64,000 nt of DNA from Clostridia bacterium (GTDB taxonomy: Bacteria; Bacillota; Clostridia; Lachnospirales; Cellulosilyticaceae): contig JARBUI010000006.1 in NCBI GenBank assembly GCA_029239755.1, forward strand, positions 11,529 through 75,528. Reading direction: 5' to 3'. The translations under genes were made by a program, and so were the position numbers. The notes beneath the pieces were generated by a model. It ran no database searches and was not told the DNA's origin. It saw only the letters and a program-made list of their open reading frames with translations. Shown here one piece after another: positions 61,989-64,000 of this stretch. Each line of letters opens with the position of its first letter. The stretch's first letter is position 1.

Positions 61989-62615
61989 TTATTCCCCTCT
62001 CTCTAAGATAATGCTGCAAAACCGTTGATACGCATCATCCCATTTATTAGTGTCACAAGGCAAATATTCTTCTATTTCACAGCTGCTTTTTATAGCCATT
62101 CTTGCATCAGCGATGCTCTTAATTTGACCGGAGGCAATCAGCTGAGCCGCTACATTTCCAAGTGCCGTTGCTTCCGCAGGGCATGCAACAACCTTCTTAT
62201 TCGTTGTATTTGCCATCATTTGACATAACATCTTACTATTTGCTCCGCCGCTTATAATATGAATACATGTATAGTCTTTTGTGGTACATTCACTTAACCG
62301 TTCTGTAACCATCCTGTACTTCATCGCAAGGCTTTCATTAATGCAGCGAACTACTTCTCCTGTAGTCTTTGGCACGTATTGGTTTGTGATAAATAGTATT
62401 AAACTTCATGAATTGAATACCAGTTGAAGCATAAATCTCTTCTTCTGTAATAACATTAAATATTTCTTTATAATGGTCTGTTCTATGATCTCAATAATGT
62501 ACAGGATTATTCTCGAATCTATGGATTTCATTGAGGGAATCTTACCATCCTTGTATTCACCTATTATAGCTCTGCCACTGGCAGCTCCGAAATCAAAGGC
62601 TAATGTTCTAATCAC
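61989..62615 (-). pseudogene. rhaB: Rhamnulokinase remnant (frameshift plus large internal deletions)
   Basis: Fragments LAFDFGAASGR, then out-of-frame LNEIHRFENNPV, DHRT..IYASTGIQFMKFNTIY, and PKTTGEVVRCINESLA..GGA..N..EATALGN within ~630 bp versus ~1.45 kb expected. Confidence 0.88.
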
Positions 62616-62633
62616 ACTATTATCTCCTCGTAT

Positions 62634-63902
62634 TTACCTGTTTGAAAAGGTTTGCTTTTCATATTCCTTTACTTCTTCCAGCCAATCCTCACATACACCT
62701 ACCCCTTTTTTCATGCAGTAATAATTCCAGATTGCTGCATAAGGCAGATTCTTAACTTCCTCCATCAGTGCAAGCCGTGTACTATAATCCCCTGTACATT
62801 CAGCTGCTTTTATTGGTGCAGTTGGTTTTAGATAAGCGTATAAAAGTGCTTTTCTAGCATTTCTCATACCAATTACCCACGCCATAATACGATTGATTGA
62901 GGCATCAAAATAGTCTAGTGCAATGTACATCCTATCCTCAAAACCATTTGTAACAATCTCATTCATAATATTAATTAATTCATCATCAAACGTAATAACA
63001 TGATCGCTGTCCCATCTTACTCCACGAGAGACATGAAGCAGTAAACTGCTGCAGAAATTAAGTGCAGCACTAAACTTTGCACTAATAGTTTCAGTTGGAT
63101 GGAAATGTCCTGCATCAAAACAATAGGTCTTATTTCTTGTCATAGCGTACCCGTAAGAGAACTCGTGTGAAGCTACGGTATAGCTTTCAAGCCCTATTCC
63201 AAACAGCTTACTTTCAACAGCATCACATAGATATTTCTTGTCATATTCTGTAGCAAATATCTCGTCTAGTGACTCTATCATCCTTTTTCTTGGCGAAAAA
63301 GTATCTGCTGGAATATCCTTATATCCATCTGGCATCCAAAAATTAATCACACAAGGCTTCCCTAATTCTTTACCAAATTCCGCACCAATTTCACGGCAGC
63401 GCTTACCATGCTCAATCCAGAATTTACGGCACTCTTCATCACTGTTTGATAATGTCAGAGCATCTTCATACTTGGAATGTCCATAAAAAGTTGGATTAAA
63501 GTCCATACCTATTTTTTCTTTCTTTGCAAAGTCAAGCCAGTTTCTAAATTGATCTATACTATATTCATCCCTATCAATCTTACCCTTTTTATCGCCCAGT
63601 TCAGCATAACATGCATGTAGATTAAGTTTCTTCTCACCCGGAATATACTGTAATGCCTTTGAAATATCTTGACGAAGTTCTTCAGGTGTTCTTGCCCTGC
63701 CTGGATAATTACCTGTTGTTAAAATACCACCTTTTAATACATCTGCCCCATCAAATCCAACACCATCGTCTCCTTGCCAACAATGCATTGAAATAGGTAA
63801 TTTATCACACTTTTCCATTGCAAGCTCTACGTCTACACCCATTTCCTTAAACACTGAACAAGCATACTTATAGCCATCTTCTATGTATTGTAAATTTTTC
63901 AT
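62634..63902 (-). CDS. rhaA: L-rhamnose isomerase
   Basis: ISMHCWQGDD, TGNYPGRART, ESKLFGIG, DAGHFHPTE, HVSRGVRWDSDHV. Confidence 0.96.
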   Translation of the reverse strand: MKNLQYIEDGYKYACSVFKEMGVDVELAMEKCDKLPISMHCWQGDDGVGFDGADVLKGGILTTGNYPGRARTPEELRQDISKALQYIPGEKKLNLHACYAELGDKKGKIDRDEYSIDQFRNWLDFAKKEKIGMDFNPTFYGHSKYEDALTLSNSDEECRKFWIEHGKRCREIGAEFGKELGKPCVINFWMPDGYKDIPADTFSPRKRMIESLDEIFATEYDKKYLCDAVESKLFGIGLESYTVASHEFSYGYAMTRNKTYCFDAGHFHPTETISAKFSAALNFCSSLLLHVSRGVRWDSDHVITFDDELINIMNEIVTNGFEDRMYIALDYFDASINRIMAWVIGMRNARKALLYAYLKPTAPIKAAECTGDYSTRLALMEEVKNLPYAAIWNYYCMKKGVGVCEDWLEEVKEYEKQTFSNR

Positions 63903-63914
63903 TCAGAACCCTCC

Positions 63915-64000
63915 CTATAAACTCACAAATTGTCGCCAATAATCTACAGAAGCCTTATGGTCTGCAATAACATTACCATCTGTGTCCCAATGCTCACGGT
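63915..64000 (-). CDS. 3' end of an upstream gene (partial, unknown product)
   Basis: Open frame ..REHWDTDGNVIADHKASVDYWRQFVSL* ending just before the rhaA RBS. Confidence 0.5.
   Translation of the reverse strand, partial: REHWDTDGNVIADHKASVDYWRQFVSL

Overview
Low-GC chromosomal segment, most likely from a motile spore-forming Clostridia/Lachnospirales-type firmicute (inferred from the MCPs, a sigma28-like promoter, spore-type genes and NfnAB). It holds a chemosensory/two-component cluster with a c-di-GMP-I riboswitch, a TetR-regulated MacAB-like exporter, a vitamin B6 salvage operon with a radical SAM enzyme, kduI plus a GntR-TRAP-split transketolase locus, trxB/tpx, a PucR-regulated aminotransferase/Fe-ADH operon, marR-lon, recQ, a folate operon, a MocR regulator, nfnAB and a rhamnose-like locus with a decayed rhamnulokinase. 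No rRNA, tRNA, CRISPR array, prophage or transposase was seen. The most unusual signal is non-coding: four copies of a ~100-bp intergenic element whose long stems differ almost completely in sequence yet stay complementary around a conserved G-rich loop. One copy is interrupted by a 277-bp MITE with terminal inverted repeats and a 4-bp target duplication. Other highlights are an unannotated 40-aa basic protein behind a candidate attenuator, ANTAR-like terminator leaders (one with an 11-bp tandem expansion), and a shared operator linking the MocR regulator to the B6/radical SAM operon 24 kb away. Family assignments come from motif recognition, not database searches.
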